From Camelus ferus (Eukaryota): a DNA stretch of 64,000 bases. Both the position numbers and the translations under genes were made by a program. Positions 26,035-39,220 of the stretch are shown in pieces. Location: the NCBI RefSeq assembly GCF_009834535.1, contig NC_045696.1:55678001-55742000 (forward strand). Reading direction: 5' to 3'. The notes under the pieces were generated by a model, which worked only from the letters and a program-made list of their open reading frames with translations, did not search any database and was not told where the DNA came from. Each line of letters opens with the position of its first letter. Within the stretch, counting starts at the first letter, position 1.

Positions 26035-26305
26035 CAGTAATTCTCAAACTTTGGTGCATATTAGCATCACCTGGGAAGTTTTTAAAACATCTCAGTACCC
26101 AGCTCTCACCCCATGTTGATTCAATCAGCATCTCTGAAGGTGGAACCAGGCATTGGTATTTTTAAAAGCTCCTCAAGGTTTTACCATGTGCAGCCACATT
26201 TGAAGATGAGTGACTTAGAGCACTAACTGCAGTGTGCACACCAGTCGCTTGTGGAGCTCATGAAGATGTGGGTTCTGATTCAGCAGGTGGAGGGTAAGGC
26301 CTGCT
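26035..26305. mobile_element. MER5A-like element plus adjacent second MER5 fragment
   Basis: cagtaattctcaaactttgg...gcatcacctgggaag...tcagcatctctg...tttttaaaagctcctcaagg; then ttctgattcagcaggtggagggtaaggcctg. Confidence 0.7.
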
Positions 26306-26659
26306 ATTGTTCAGAGTCAGATAATCTAATGGTCAGGAAGAGCTCCATGGAGCAGGACGAGTTCCGGCCGGACTTAGCAAGTTGTGTAACATCTAAAGCA
26401 GAAGAATTGTGGGAGGAGCATTCTGGCATGCGTGGTGGACAGCCTGAGGTGTCACTGGGGGGACGATGACTGGTCCAGTGTAAATAAAGAGAAGTTTTTC
26501 AATGAACTGATCTATGCAATTTAGCCCTTGGCAGTTGCCTGCCCATTGTTTCGGGTGCAGATGTTTTCTTTCCTCTTCAAGATCCTTGTGCAGAGACCTG
26601 TATTTTACTTCTTTGTGTCACACGTGATGCTAAGCACTTAGCAGGTGTCCAGGACATGA

Positions 26660-27105
26660 CTGAGGGTTTGCATCTGCTCCTGCTGTTCCCTCTGCCTATA
26701 GTTTTCTTCTGATAGGTACTTACCCTGTTCACTTGTTCACTTCCTTTGAGACTTGAAACTCAAAGGTCACCTTCCTTAGTGATGTTCCTACTCTTTAAAC
26801 AATATGTAAAGGGACTTGGCCACCTATTTAAATTGAAACATCCTCTTTCTTTTACCCGCCGCTCCCACATACTTCTTCTTGCTTTATTCTTCTCTTTAGT
26901 ACGTCTAAAGAGAACCATCTAATATATACTTTGTTTATCTTGTATGTATTTACTTTTTTATCTTGCTTACTTCTGTCTCCTCCATTAAAAGGCAGCTCTA
27001 CGGGAGTAGACAGTTTGGTTTGTTATTCACTGCTGTTTCCCCAGTGCCTCGGACAATATCTATCACACACTTCACAGATATTCATCAAATGAATGAATGA
27101 GTGAA
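26660..27105 (+). mobile_element. L2 LINE 3' part
   Basis: tgctgttccctctgcct...tcaaaggtcaccttcc...ttattcactgctgtttccccagtgcct...aaatgaatgaatgagtgaa tail. Confidence 0.75.
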
Positions 27106-28319
27106 CTGACTTGAATACAGTACTATTGCCAACACAAGTGACTTCAATATTCAGAGGCAGAAGAGACCAAAGGAATTGATCTTGCTGCGGTTCCATTTTA
27201 GAAGGGGAAGTGATGACAGTATTTGATCGCTAGGTTGGAAGATTTGGAATGACGTGTTCGTAAAGATAAATTGCCCTCCCTGATGGATGAGAGATCTGCT
27301 TTAAATGTCCTGTGTTGGAAATTAGGATAAATGTTTGGCTGATCAAAAAGGTCAAGTATCTAAAAAAAAATTTCAGGGATACCTCATAAAACCAACAATT
27401 GTGAATTTAATATTTAAGTATTTAACAACAGAGTTAATTCAAGTTAAGGGAAAAAGTAAAGGCCACCAAGTGTAACAGATTAAATGCAAATGAGATATTA
27501 AGAGGGAGAAATATGGAATCTGAGAGGATGTTTATGATGGTTAATTTACCAGTGAATGAATTGTAGGATTCAGGGGTTAGAAGGGACTTTAAATGTCAGG
27601 GAGTCCTGATGCTTGTTGTCTCCAGTGGTGGTAAACTTTGTACTTCACAGAGCAGACACGTCCATCTGTGAACAGTTCCACATATTAGAAACACTTTCTT
27701 CTGTTGAGCAGTTGACAGCATCCTTATACTAGTTTCATAAGAATATAGAACTAACTGCTTGTGACCATCATGTGGGAGAGCTGCATTCTTCTGCACAGCA
27801 GTTCACAATTTGAAGATATTTACTAAGTCCCTTCTCCTCCCCTCCCCAACCCCAATATGTCCCAGAAACTACGACTCTTTTCCAAGCCAAATAACCTCAG
27901 TTCCTCAGTTTTCCACATGGGACGTTGTTTACAGTCCACCTACCTTCAAGGACAGACTCTTCTGAACCTGGCCCAGTGTGCCTGTGGCCCTCTTACACTG
28001 TGTTCCCCAAAAAAGGTCATGATGGGCCAGGTGTCACCAGAGGAGCACAGAGTGGCATTCTCTCTCTTTCTAGGCACTGTGCTGCTGGTAATGCAGCCTA
28101 AGAGATTTCAGTGACCTTATCAGCCACATGTCACTCTGGACTCCGCGTGCTCGCTGTCTGGTATAAGCCGCAGGACGGTGAGCTGTGCCCTCGGAGATGA
28201 AAGAGCAGCGCTACCCAAGACTGAATACACCTGACGTGGCACGAAAAGTTACAAAATGTTTTAGAATTGAATGCAGCGTTTGTTTATTACTTTCTCATCT
28301 GTATTTATTACTATAAAGA

Positions 28320-28545
28320 TACAAGCTTTGGGGTCAGACGGACCTAGACGTGAAAGCTGCCTCTACCCTTCCTAGCTGCACAGACATTACCTCTGAACCT
28401 CTGTGTTCTTATTTATTAAAGGGGATAATAATACCCACTTTTCAGGATCATTGGGGAGAGGAAATTAAATCATGTATGTAGATGTCTGGCATATAATAAA
28501 TGCTTGAAATGATAGCTCCTGGAAAAAAAATAATCATTATTATTA
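28320..28545 (+). mobile_element. MIR SINE
   Basis: ctttggggtcagacggacct...cctctgaacctctgtg...aaggggataataataccc...tctggcatataataaatgctt. Confidence 0.7.
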
Positions 28546-31500
28546 TCCCAAGAAGTATCTGTTGGACAATTAAATCACCCAGGATGAGACTGCATGACCT
28601 CATCACGTGGTATCTCACGTACCTTGGAAGGAACCTAAAAATCCTACAGCAAGGAAGTCTGTCTGAGAACATGGGCCCAGGGCGCCGGGTCCCCAAATGC
28701 TACCCTGAGCTAGGAACTTTGAGGGTCCCTGCCACTTCAGTGCCTTTTAGATCATGATGGCAGTTGGTCACCAAGCTCGCTTTTCTCTGCTGCTTAGTCT
28801 CTGGGGCCATCTGTCAGCACAGCCTGCGTCTAGTTCCCTCGGGGTGCCTGGCAGTGCTTCTTGCACGTCCTGCACAAACACCACAGGCTCCCGGTCTTCC
28901 TGCGTGAAATCCTCAAAGCCTGTGTGGGTGGGAGCAGCTAGGAGGGAACGTTCAAGAGGCGGTGGAGGGCAGCTGGAAGACCTGGAGAACTTGCTGTGGC
29001 GGAGCAGGCCTGGCCTGGGTCCTTCTTTGTGGGCCTGCTGCAATTCTGTTCCCTCTTTCCTGTTCTTTTCCATCCTTCTTTGCCAGGCCCAGAACCCAGC
29101 TCTCCACACCCTCCTCCTAAGGAGCCTCCAGTGACAAACAAAGGCCCCTCACAGGGCCTTGCCACCCCCATCCGGCCGTCTCCAAGGTGATGGTGGGGAA
29201 CTTGGAAACCGGACTTGGCCGGCAGACAGAGGATGCCCAGCGTGCCCGCTGGCTGAGCCTGCGCTCATCCCACAGCAGCCAGTGAAAGGACGGACTGTTC
29301 TGTGACTGCGCCGCATCCGCTGCGTCCCCACCACGAGGTCACCAAGCCTCATTGTGTGGGTCCTCACTGGTGCTGAGACTCCCATCACTGAAGACCCCGG
29401 CTGGGTAAACAGACACCCCGAGGAAGTTGCCCCGGAGAAGAGACCGAGGCTGTGTCTAAGACCAGCGGCTTTCCCACTGTCATCAGCGACTCCGCCGGTC
29501 GCTTTGTAAAACGGACTGGTGTGGTAGATATTTCCATCTAGTTGACTGAAGTTTGAACTGATCTAATCTAGTTGCCCCGGTTGGTGTTGTAGTCTCAGCC
29601 TTCAGGAAAGGAGAAACCAGGCTGAAAGGCATGAGCCACATGTTGGGGAAATGTAGGAGACGGGGTTTTTGTCTTTTCCCATTTGCCTCTTCATATCCTT
29701 AGTAGATGGAAACAGCAATCGGAGAGAACCCAGGGCTGCACAAGGGGTGGAGCGTGGCAGGGCTAGTTCTGCTCTTTGCAGGCAGGGTGATGCCAGCAGC
29801 TAGGCCTGCGGGCTTCACAGGGACGAACCGCCGTCTTGCACTGCATGCCAGTGGCATGACTGTTCTGTGACCCCGGGTGAGAACCCCACGGTCTGTGTTG
29901 CAGTGGCCAAAAAATGGGGCAGGGTGTGCCTTCCTTTCCTGGGATTAAACTCCAGGGCTCCTGGCCCCCAGTGGCTTTGCCCGTTTTTAGCATTGCTTTC
30001 TAGTTTACAGTGTGGATATTGTCTCCACCATCACATAGTAAACTCTAGTCTTAGAAACAAGAAACCTGGGTGAGGCCTACCTTTCTGACAACCCTACAAC
30101 AAGTCACCTCACCTCTTGGAATCCCAGTTTCCTCATCTGTCAAATGAGGAAGACGGAGATGGTGTGGGCATGGCCAGCAGATAGGCAGTCTGTGGTTCTT
30201 TGGGGAGAGACCTGGCCTTCTCTATCTCTGTATCTTTTCACCCCATGGCACTTAGGAGAAGCTATTACTAAATCAGCTTTGAGATGCTTTTAAATAGACA
30301 GTTGTGTATATATGCCGTGCATAGAAACAGACCTGTGCTGTATATGTGTGATACATTTATAAAGTGTGCACCTTTGAAAGCACCAGAAATAATCTCCGCT
30401 GTCAAACTCTGGCCTCACCAGCGCACTTTAAAGCTGCTCTGCTTATCAAGGGCTCCTTCAGATCCGCCCGCTGCACATTCCTTGGGAGGTGGCAGGGCTG
30501 GTGGTGGGAGTGCGGTTGTTTATAATTTTTCAGATTAAAATGTCATTGGGTGCTCCTCTGAAACTGCTGACATGTTTCACACGTCCGCTTCTGATGGTCT
30601 GCCCTTGCTCAGATGAGTTCAAGGGTGCCTGGCCAGGGCCTCAGGGCTCCCAGATCTCCTTTAGCCCCGGGGTCCCGCGCTGAATAACTGAACATTGTGT
30701 GAGCCCTGAATCGCATTTCTGTAGTGCTCCATGCTTGATACAAGCTAAAAAATGTCATTTACTCGGTGGTATTTGGAGGAAAAAGAGGATCAAAACTGGC
30801 TCTTTAATCAGTTTCCTTCTATGTGTGTATATAGTATTTCTGCACAAATATGATCTGAATGTTAGGACAATTTGAGAGAAAAGAATAAAAATGGACGGGC
30901 TTAAGGAAAGTGATGTAAACTGGTTTTGGATTTTTAAGTTTGAAAATAATTTACCTTTTGGATAGAACAGTAATAAATAGGACTCTGACTCCAGGATGGG
31001 TTTTGAGTGGGAAGGAGGAGTTAGGGAAGATACGTGTACAGGGCCTTGGAACTTCAGGAAATAGTCCTTGACTCCAGACTGGAATGGAAATCATCACAAG
31101 TGTAATGACAAAAGGAAAACAGCTCTGACATATTCATTATTTCCTCTGGCTTTTAGCATGTCTTCAGGCATAATCACCTCAATCAACCATTTTGAAAAAT
31201 TTGAGATTTATAAAATACGATTTAGTAAAAGCCAGGCTTATGAGAACCAGGGCTCTGTTAAGGGTCAGTTGACTCAGAAGGGACCTTACAGGGCAGCTAA
31301 TTTTCGCCCAGCCCAGTGCAGGGATCCTGGACCCAAGGGGTTGCCTGGGTAACAGTCCCTCAGGTGAAGAGCTCCACATGACTGGGAGTCCTTGCTGTTA
31401 ACTGAGCCACACCATGCTTCTGTCATCTCAATCTCTGGTCCTGGTTTGCTTTCAGAGCCACACAGAATATGTCTTCACCTGCTTCTGCACGAAACCCTTC

Positions 31501-31733
31501 ACCTATTTGGAAACAGTTCTCACTTTGTCCTAAGACTTCTCTTTTCTGGGTTCACTGCCCCCCCCCAAACTCTTTCTACTACTCTCCAAAAAGGTGGTGT
31601 GGGGGCCTTCTGGACTCCTCTTCAGCTTCCTCTGGATGCCCTGTATTTTAAGGTGGGTGTCCACAAGCTGTATCCAGAGCTCCAGATATGGGATGAGGTC
31701 TTGCTAGAGCAGAATACGTGGGGACCTTTCTCT

Positions 31734-31772
31734 CACACACAAACACACACACACACACGCACACACATACAC
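31734..31772. repeat. Imperfect (CA)n microsatellite
   Basis: cacacacaaacacacacacacacgcacacacatacaca. Confidence 0.85.
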
Positions 31773-31939
31773 AAGATCCAGACCCTGTGTTTCCATTCAC
31801 AAGGCCTGCGGTGGGTTAGCTTTTTTGGTGGCCTTATCTCACCGCTCACTCACATTGACAAGCAGCAGGCCATGGCCGTGGTCTTTGTCCCTGGCTTCCT
31901 GGCAGTGCAAGGCAGAGGTCATAGTGACCATGGGTCTCC

Positions 31940-32170
31940 TCCTCTGTGCCAGGCATGGTACTTGAAATGTGCTAGATGTTATTTAATTCAGTCCTGATAG
32001 CAACTCGATTAGGTAGCTACTGCCACTTTCATTTCCGAGGTGACAGCGCCGAGCTTCAGTGAGGCTGAATACGTCACCTGAAGTCACAGAGGAGCAGTCA
32101 GGGCCTGGCTTGGAAAGGAGCCCAGGCTTATCAGATTCCACAGCCCACACTTCTGTACCATGACGCTGCC
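31940..32170 (-). mobile_element. MIR SINE
   Basis: ctctgtgccaggcatggtact...tatttaattcagtcctgatagcaactc...gaagtcacagaggag...cagattccacagcccacacttct. Confidence 0.65.
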
Positions 32171-33604
32171 TTGATCAAAGGTGTTGTTTGTTCCATTGAT
32201 TGGAAATATTGGGCCAAAATAGATCCACTCAGCATCCTGATTCGAGCCAGGAATGTTTGTTGGAAAAAAAAAAGATTGCCCTTCCTTTTTCAAAAGGGGA
32301 CTCTGAATGTCCATTAGTATTAATATTCTAGTATGGGTCTATCACCCCTGTATCTGTCTTGACTTTTGGGGGAAGATATTTATGTTTCCTAGCTGTTGTA
32401 CGTGTCTAGAGGGAGGTGAGGTTAGCAACTCCCGCTAACATATTCCAGGATCATGTAAAGGACTATTTCTTTAGTGTTTGAAGTTGCCCTGCTTCTAATT
32501 ACTAGAGTCTGTTCATTACATTTACCTCAGCTGTATTATTTTTTAAATACAATGTTATTTCTTCAAGCTTCTCTCTTAATACAAATGATAAATGTCTGTT
32601 TTGGAAAACACTGCTACTTTACTATTATATTGCAGCTATGTTAGCTTGCATTTGTATGTTCCTCCACAGTCTTTGTAATGCTCACATACCGTGCTCTCTG
32701 TTTATCTTCACAGCAGTTACTCCTTCGCTGGCAGTCGAGGGGAAGTGAGCTCAGGGAGGTGCAATGACTTATCACAAGAATCAGAGTCACAAAGTCCCAC
32801 CCCACCCCATTAGTCCTTTCTTTTCACCAATTAAGTTGGCTTCTTAATTAGTAGGACTTTTGATCATTACCCCTCGTTTATGAGAAGTGTTTTATGACAG
32901 TTACTTTGTGAGGAGTCAGTACTCAGGCAAAACTGAAATAAGTTGCCAGTTCTATTGTTGAACGGGCAAATTGACACGAGGAGACAGAGGAAACAGCGCC
33001 TCGAGAGGTGTAGTCATGTTTGGTCCGTTGTCATTGCCGGCAGTCTTCTCAGTTACTGGTCAACCCTGGCACACGTGGAGGGTACAACCAGGATGTGCCT
33101 GAGACAGTGCCTCAGCCCCCTTAAAGACGAGGAAGGATGGAGCCACCTACCATGGGGGGCTGATGCCCAGGCACCCCCTCCCATGCACGGTGACACCCAT
33201 TGCCCTTCCGGCACCTCGCTGACCTCCCTTACTGGTGTCCCTGACACTTTGTCTCCTGGCTTACCCTCACCTCCTGTTTGGCTTGCTGTCTTGGCCCCTT
33301 CTCCAGCCCCCACCCTGCCCTTGTGGCCTGGCTTCTTGGCAGGACTCCTGGCTGACCAGACACTTGCGTGACTGTTGGTTCCTTTGGCTGGGCTCCCTAA
33401 TCCCTGCAAGCTCTCTTCCTGGCTTCAGCCTCAACGAAACCCAGACTCTGCTTCTGGAATCATCCAAACAGTAGCTCTCAGCTCCCTGGTGAGATTCGCT
33501 TGACAAAGGCCAGATTTTCCTATGATTAGGGAGCTTTGGCCTGGGGACTGTGTGATCCCCTGAAGTCACCATTCCTGGACCCTGCCCGCCAGCCATTGGC
33601 AGGT

Positions 33605-33730
33605 CAGGTGACCATAGAATTTATCATCCATATTGGGGCAACTTAAGAGTAAAAAGGGACACTATTACTAATTTCACCTGCACGGCAGGATGAACAAGGG
33701 TGCCCTGGTCAGGGGGGATATATTCCAGGT
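33605..33730 (+). mobile_element. MER94-like hAT-Blackjack DNA transposon fossil
   Basis: caggtgaccatagaatttatcatcca...aagagtaaaaagggacactattactaatt matches the recalled MER94 left half. Confidence 0.6.
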
Positions 33731-35158
33731 TGTAGTGCCTGAATTCCCCCTTAAAACTACAGCACACATTTACTGCACGTGGACTCGGGGCAGAATACTG
33801 TACTTTACATGCCTGCCTGTTCATTCACTCTTAATGATAATCCTGTATGTACAACGTTACCCTCGTTTTACAGAGGAGAAACTCAAGCTCAAAAAGGGTA
33901 AATAATTTGCTGGCGGGCCCGAGTCTGACTCCAAAGCCTTTATTTTTCATCCTCCCTTTGAATCCTGACCAGTGTAATAACGGAATCAATAAAAATGAAA
34001 CTTTGATTGGAGAGACAATAGAGTCGGCCCCCAAATTAAACATGAGTTATGCTTCAGAGGAACACTTGTACATTGATTGCTTGGAATTTGAAATGCATTT
34101 TCCCATGAAGAATAAAAATGATGTTAGGCTCCAAGACCAACCAACAGTCTATGCAGACTATAATTTTATTGTGGTTTACTTCTCTATGTAATACTGAACT
34201 GGAATAGGAAGCAAAACCATAGGTTTCTGTCATAGTTCCTTCACTTACTGGCTCTGTGATTTGGGGCAAGTTACTTAACCTCTCTGAGCCTTAGTTTTAT
34301 CATCAAAATTGAGAAAATGTCTAGAAAATGTTCTAGGAGCTAGAAAGTGTCTAGCTGCTAAAAACTGCAAGAATCACCGGAGATAATGTACTAGAAAGTC
34401 CTTTAAAAATAGCACTTGTAGTACTATAGGAACGGACCACCATTTATGACATTGCCGGAAGGCAAGCCAGTTTCCCAGACCCCTAATTCTGACCCTTAAA
34501 GTGGAGACAAGACCTCTTTTGAGCCCAGTAGGCAGTGGGCAGGTCTGAGAGCCTCTGGGGAAATGTGCCCTCCCTGCATGGAGCTGGTGGCACTTCGATG
34601 GGGGAAGAGGGATGGAGGAGGAGATGGGGCGGAGGAGGACACAGAGGCTCCCACACGGATTTGGGGCTCAGTCAGGAGAAGGGCCATACGTGGCAGCCGT
34701 GCTGCAGTTGGGGGGGGGTCTAGACTCGGAAGAGCAGGAGTGTCGGGCCATGACTAGGGGGTGATCACCATGGGGCCAGTGTCTCCACAGCCATGGGAAC
34801 AGGGCTCTCACTGCTTTGGGTTTGGAAAGAACAGCAGACATTTAGATCTATGGCTTGTTCCATCAGTATAGGGCGCTCTGTGTTAGGTCAACAGCGCATG
34901 GGATCTGGATCCTGGGGTTGAGTTTAGAAACAGTGATTTCTGAACAAAAAGTCTACAGAAGACTCACTTAACTATATAAAGTTTTTATTTCATTTTTAAT
35001 GGCTCTCAACTCCCCAGACAGGAGTGTCACCTCACTATTTTAATTTTTTTAATTAAATTATTTTTAAATTCCAAATTATACTTTTCTCTGCACATAAGCA
35101 ATTTATAAGCGCTAAGCACCAAGTGGGCTGTGGTACAGACGTACACTGAGCGTACTCA

Positions 35159-36647
35159 CAGTGATGTATCAAGACCCAGCAGGGGGAGAGGTCCGCTCTG
35201 AATGCCCAGAATAAGAGGGTGTGTCTACAGAGAAATTAAAAATGACAGTAAGACCATCTAAAGAGTGAGTCTACTTTTCTTGGTCACCACACACAGGTAA
35301 TGCTAACCATGACAGTGATAAAATATCTTTCCTCCCAAAAGTCTTTTCTTGGTCTAAGTTCTAAACAATTGCTATATTTATTCCTTTAAAAACATTTTAG
35401 TGAGACACATTTCATACCATTCAACTCACTCATTTAAAGTGTACAAGTCAGTGATGTGTAGTCTGTTCACAGAGTTGTGCAGCGATCACTCACCACAGTC
35501 CATTTCAGAGCATTTTCTTCACCCCAAAAAGAAACTGTGTCCATTAGCAGTCTCTTCCCATTCCCCCATCTTCCTACTCACTTCTCTAGTCCTTGGCAAC
35601 CACTAATCCTTCTATCTTTGTAGATTTGCCTATTCTGGACATTGCATATGAAGGGACTCATACAATATGTGGCTTTTTGTGTCTGGCTTCTTGCACTTAA
35701 CAAAACGTTTTCAGGGTCCATCCATGTTGTAGCATGTATTAGTACTTCATTCCTTTTTTTTGTGGAATAATATTCCTTTGTTGGGCATGCCATCCTTTAT
35801 TTATCTGTCCTTCAGTTAACGGACATTCGGGTAGTTTCCCCTTTTTGGCTATCATGAGTGATGCTGCTGTGAACATTCATGTACAAGGTTCTGTGCAGAA
35901 GTATGTTTTTATTTCTCTTGGGTGTATATACCTAGGATTAGAATTGCTGGATCATATGGTAATTCTATGTTTAACATTTTGAGGGACTGTGAATTTTAAT
36001 AGTATATATGCAGGCATATTCAGTGTGTTAGTACATTTTTAATGCTTATCCTTTGATAAACATTGTAGTCTACATGGACATTGACTTGGACACCTCCAGC
36101 TTGCACAGCCATCCCCTAACGCATGTGGACTCGAATACAGATGTTCATTTTAACAGTCTGTTCATACTGGTTTGAATACTGTGAGTTTGTTTCAGGTGCA
36201 CTTTGTGTCTCTAACCCCTGTGATTCTACACATTCCTGTGTTTAAAAAGTAGATGTGAAATAAACAACAATAGCACAGTAATTACAAATAGGGGGAAACA
36301 AAACTTAAGTTATTCACTATATGTGCACTTGAGGTTTTTATTTGTGGTTAAAATTTAAAATAGTGAAATAGAGTATAAACTGCAAAGTGTAATCTTTTTG
36401 TTTCATAAGCGTAAATTTTAGTTCATACGTGAACTATTTTACTGAATTTGAATGTCTTTAAAGTAAAATTCTATTTTTCCTTTTTAAGTAAATTGATTTA
36501 AAACTAAAGAACAAAATAAGAAGATAACAATTATTATTGTATAACCATTATATTACATGCTTATTCCTGAACATAATTCCATTATATAAAGAAAGGTGGC
36601 ATTAAAAATGACCTGCTCAGGATGTCAGAGATGCTGGGGTGCCACTG
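35159..36647. mobile_element. Arthur1/MER69-like hAT-Tip100 non-autonomous DNA transposon, split by an L1 insertion
   Basis: Left end CAGTGATGTATC, right end reverse complement CAGTGGCACCCC (CAGTG terminal inverted repeats). Internal ggtctaagttctaaacaattgct resumes after the L1 at gaattttaatagtatatatg...ttatcctttgataaacattgta. Family name from recall. Confidence 0.65.
35378..35989 (-). mobile_element. L1MB-type LINE-1 3' end (5'-truncated)
   Basis: ORF 35578..35793 (-) EYYSTKKRNEVLIHATTWMDPENVLLSARSQTQKATYCM is the L1 ORF2 C-terminus; typical 3'UTR ttaaagtgtacaagtcagtg. Confidence 0.85.
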
Positions 36648-37114
36648 TGCAGGAACATGGACAAGATGACTAGGTTATTTAGGGAGTGTTTCTTGTGTGG
36701 AGTAAGCTTGAACTGGCAGAGGAGAATGGAAGCAGATTAATTAGTGTGGCAGTGTGGGAGGATTCCTGGCTAAGTCCTAGGAATAGGGAAAGTCCCAGAG
36801 TTGTGAATTACTGGGTATGTCAAGAATGAATGAGCAGTGGAAGTCTGAGGAGTTTGCAGAGAGGGTAAACCTGGGCCTGGGTCTGGAGTAGAAAGCTGTC
36901 TGAGACTCCCAGACAAGAACTTTGTGGAGGAGAGCTTGAGGGCCACTATTCAGCAGCAAGATGCAGGATGAATGGGGATACCAGAAGACCACAATCCAAA
37001 GGAGAGTTATCAGGTTGGTCAAGTAATTCAGACCTGAACTAATGGCATTCTCCTTTGGGTAGCAGTTACAGGAATGGAGAAGGAATAAACCCAAAGGGTC
37101 TTATAAACTCAACA

Positions 37115-37220
37115 TAGGAAAGATGTCAGTTTCCTCCTAAATTGACCTATAGGTTTGATGCAATTCCTATCAAAATCCCAGCAAGGTTTTTTTTTGTAGC
37201 CAAAGACAAGCTTATTCTTG
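37115..37220 (+). mobile_element. Short L1 ORF2 fragment
   Basis: aagatgtcagtttcctcctaaattgacctataggtttgatgcaattcctatcaaaatcccagca reads as (P)KLTYRFDAIPIKIP, an L1 ORF2 motif. Confidence 0.7.
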
Positions 37221-38999
37221 TCACGTAGTCATTTCTAATTTTGCTGAGCCACACCTTTATGGCACATATGGAGGGTCTGGGGGGTAGGAATGAATACCTC
37301 AGCCCACAAAAGAGCTTAGTTCACCCCCGTGGCCATCTCTTCAGGTGACCCAGTCTCTTCTCATTTTATCATATAAATTAAGTGCTGTAGTGGTAGCCCC
37401 ATATTTGGAGCTCCACAAAGGTCTGCAGAGGTTTCTCTCCCAAATGTGGTATATAATCCCAGTAGGATTTAGTGACTGATTAGATATAGGAGTAGCTCTA
37501 GTTTCTTTGAAAATTGGCTCCATCTCACGCCAGCAGTAGCTTGAAGCAGCAGCTTCGTGAGGTGGACAGCCTGGGCCACTTACCAGCTGTATGAGGTGAC
37601 AAGGGACCTCTTTCTTTGAGACTCAGTTTCCTCCTCTGGAAGTGAGGCTGATGATTCTTACCTTCCAGGGTGTTGTGAGGATCAGATCCGCAGACGTGAG
37701 GCATCCAGCCTAGTTCTTTGTCCGTGCGTGGGAGTGTGGGTATTGTTTTCGCACACAAGCCAAGGCTGCAGTCTCCAGGAGGAATCTGAGTGACTCTTCT
37801 GGGGCTGTTTAATTCTGTTGACCGTATGACCAAGAATATGAGACAATCCCATCTTTATTGTTCTGCCTTGCTCTTCCCTTAAGTTTGCCAGTGCTCGTCC
37901 AAGCACAGATTCTGACAGAAAAACTCATAGCCGATGTTACATAACATCCAGAAATCTGTGCACAAGACATTCCTGCTACCTCTCAGGGGTCTCCCAGATG
38001 TCTTCTCACTTTCTAACACAAGACTTAAAAAGTTCTGGGCACTCGTGGAATGTTGATCTAAACCATACCAGACTGCAGATCACAGCTTGTACCCAACCTG
38101 GTCCCCACAACTTTTTTCTTAAGATTATGGTTGTTTTACTTTTTTTATATTCATTGACACATTCCTCAAAGTCAAGACCCTCTCTGTTTCACAGCCTGAT
38201 GTCCTGTGACTCAGAGTGTGTGAGTGTGTGTGTGTAACAGAATGTGTGCTATGATTCTACGTGCTTTGAAAAGCGATTCTCTCTGAGGCCAGCAGCTTCA
38301 AGGACTTTCCTGAATCTTCATCCAGCTGTAGCAGCGCTCTGCTAAAAACAGACTGAGGTCATTCATGTGTAAATGGAAACACACCAAGAAAAAAATTAAT
38401 ACCAAATGTACATCAAGATCAAAAGGAAAAATAAATTTCTCAATAGAATACTCAGAGCTATGCAGAGACTGTTGGTTACTGCTGGTTCACATAAAATTGA
38501 AGGTCAGAGCATGTTTCAGTAAAGTTCTTAAAAAGGCAGTGACCAGCCAGAGGCTATGATTTCAAAATCCCACAAGGATGATTTCCCAAAAAGCCAGCTG
38601 ACTCCTGAATTACACAGGGAATGTGTTCTCCCAAAACACTGTAATATATGGAAACTCTAACTACGAGCATCAAGGTGTAGGGAACTCAGGACCCACAACC
38701 CACACATTTTCATTTAGAGACAAATACACAAAATACTGTAATGAAATTAATAGCCATGAAATATTTGATCACAAATTATACTCTGATAAATTTTCAAAAT
38801 CGAAAATCTATTGACACACCCTGACACATCGTTCTCCTGATGATCACTGGTGAGTCTACAGAGGCTCAGTGTGGCCCCTCGGGTCCAGATACACTCATTC
38901 ATACATTCAGTCAAGCGTTCGATGGGGAAATAATGATTGAGCACCTAATAGGTGCCAGGGTGTATTCTGAACAAAACGAAACAAAACAAAACAAAACAC

Positions 39000-39220
39000 G
39001 GTGGTCAGCTAATTAAGAGCAGGATTCAGAGTCAGAGACTCTGCCTAAATGCTGGCTCCACCCCTTACAAACCAGATGACGTTCAGCACGAGGGTACACC
39101 TCTCTCAGCCCCTGATTTCTCACCTGTAAAATGAGGCCAGTTACACTTGCCTTGCAGGGTTGGATGAAGTAATACATTTGAGATACTTATCCCAGTGCCC
39201 AGCACACAGGGAATGTTCTA
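39000..39220 (+). mobile_element. MIR SINE
   Basis: ttaagagcaggattcagagtcagag...ctctcagcccctgatttctcacctgtaaaatgagg...cccagtgcccagcacacagg. Confidence 0.7.

Noticed and set aside
28768..29109. 113-aa minus-strand ORF as a processed pseudogene
   Set aside because: No recognisable parent protein, poly(A) tail or TSD.
31392..31997. 201-aa ORF
   Set aside because: Non-ATG start, runs through a (CA)n repeat and into a MIR; no domain recognisable.
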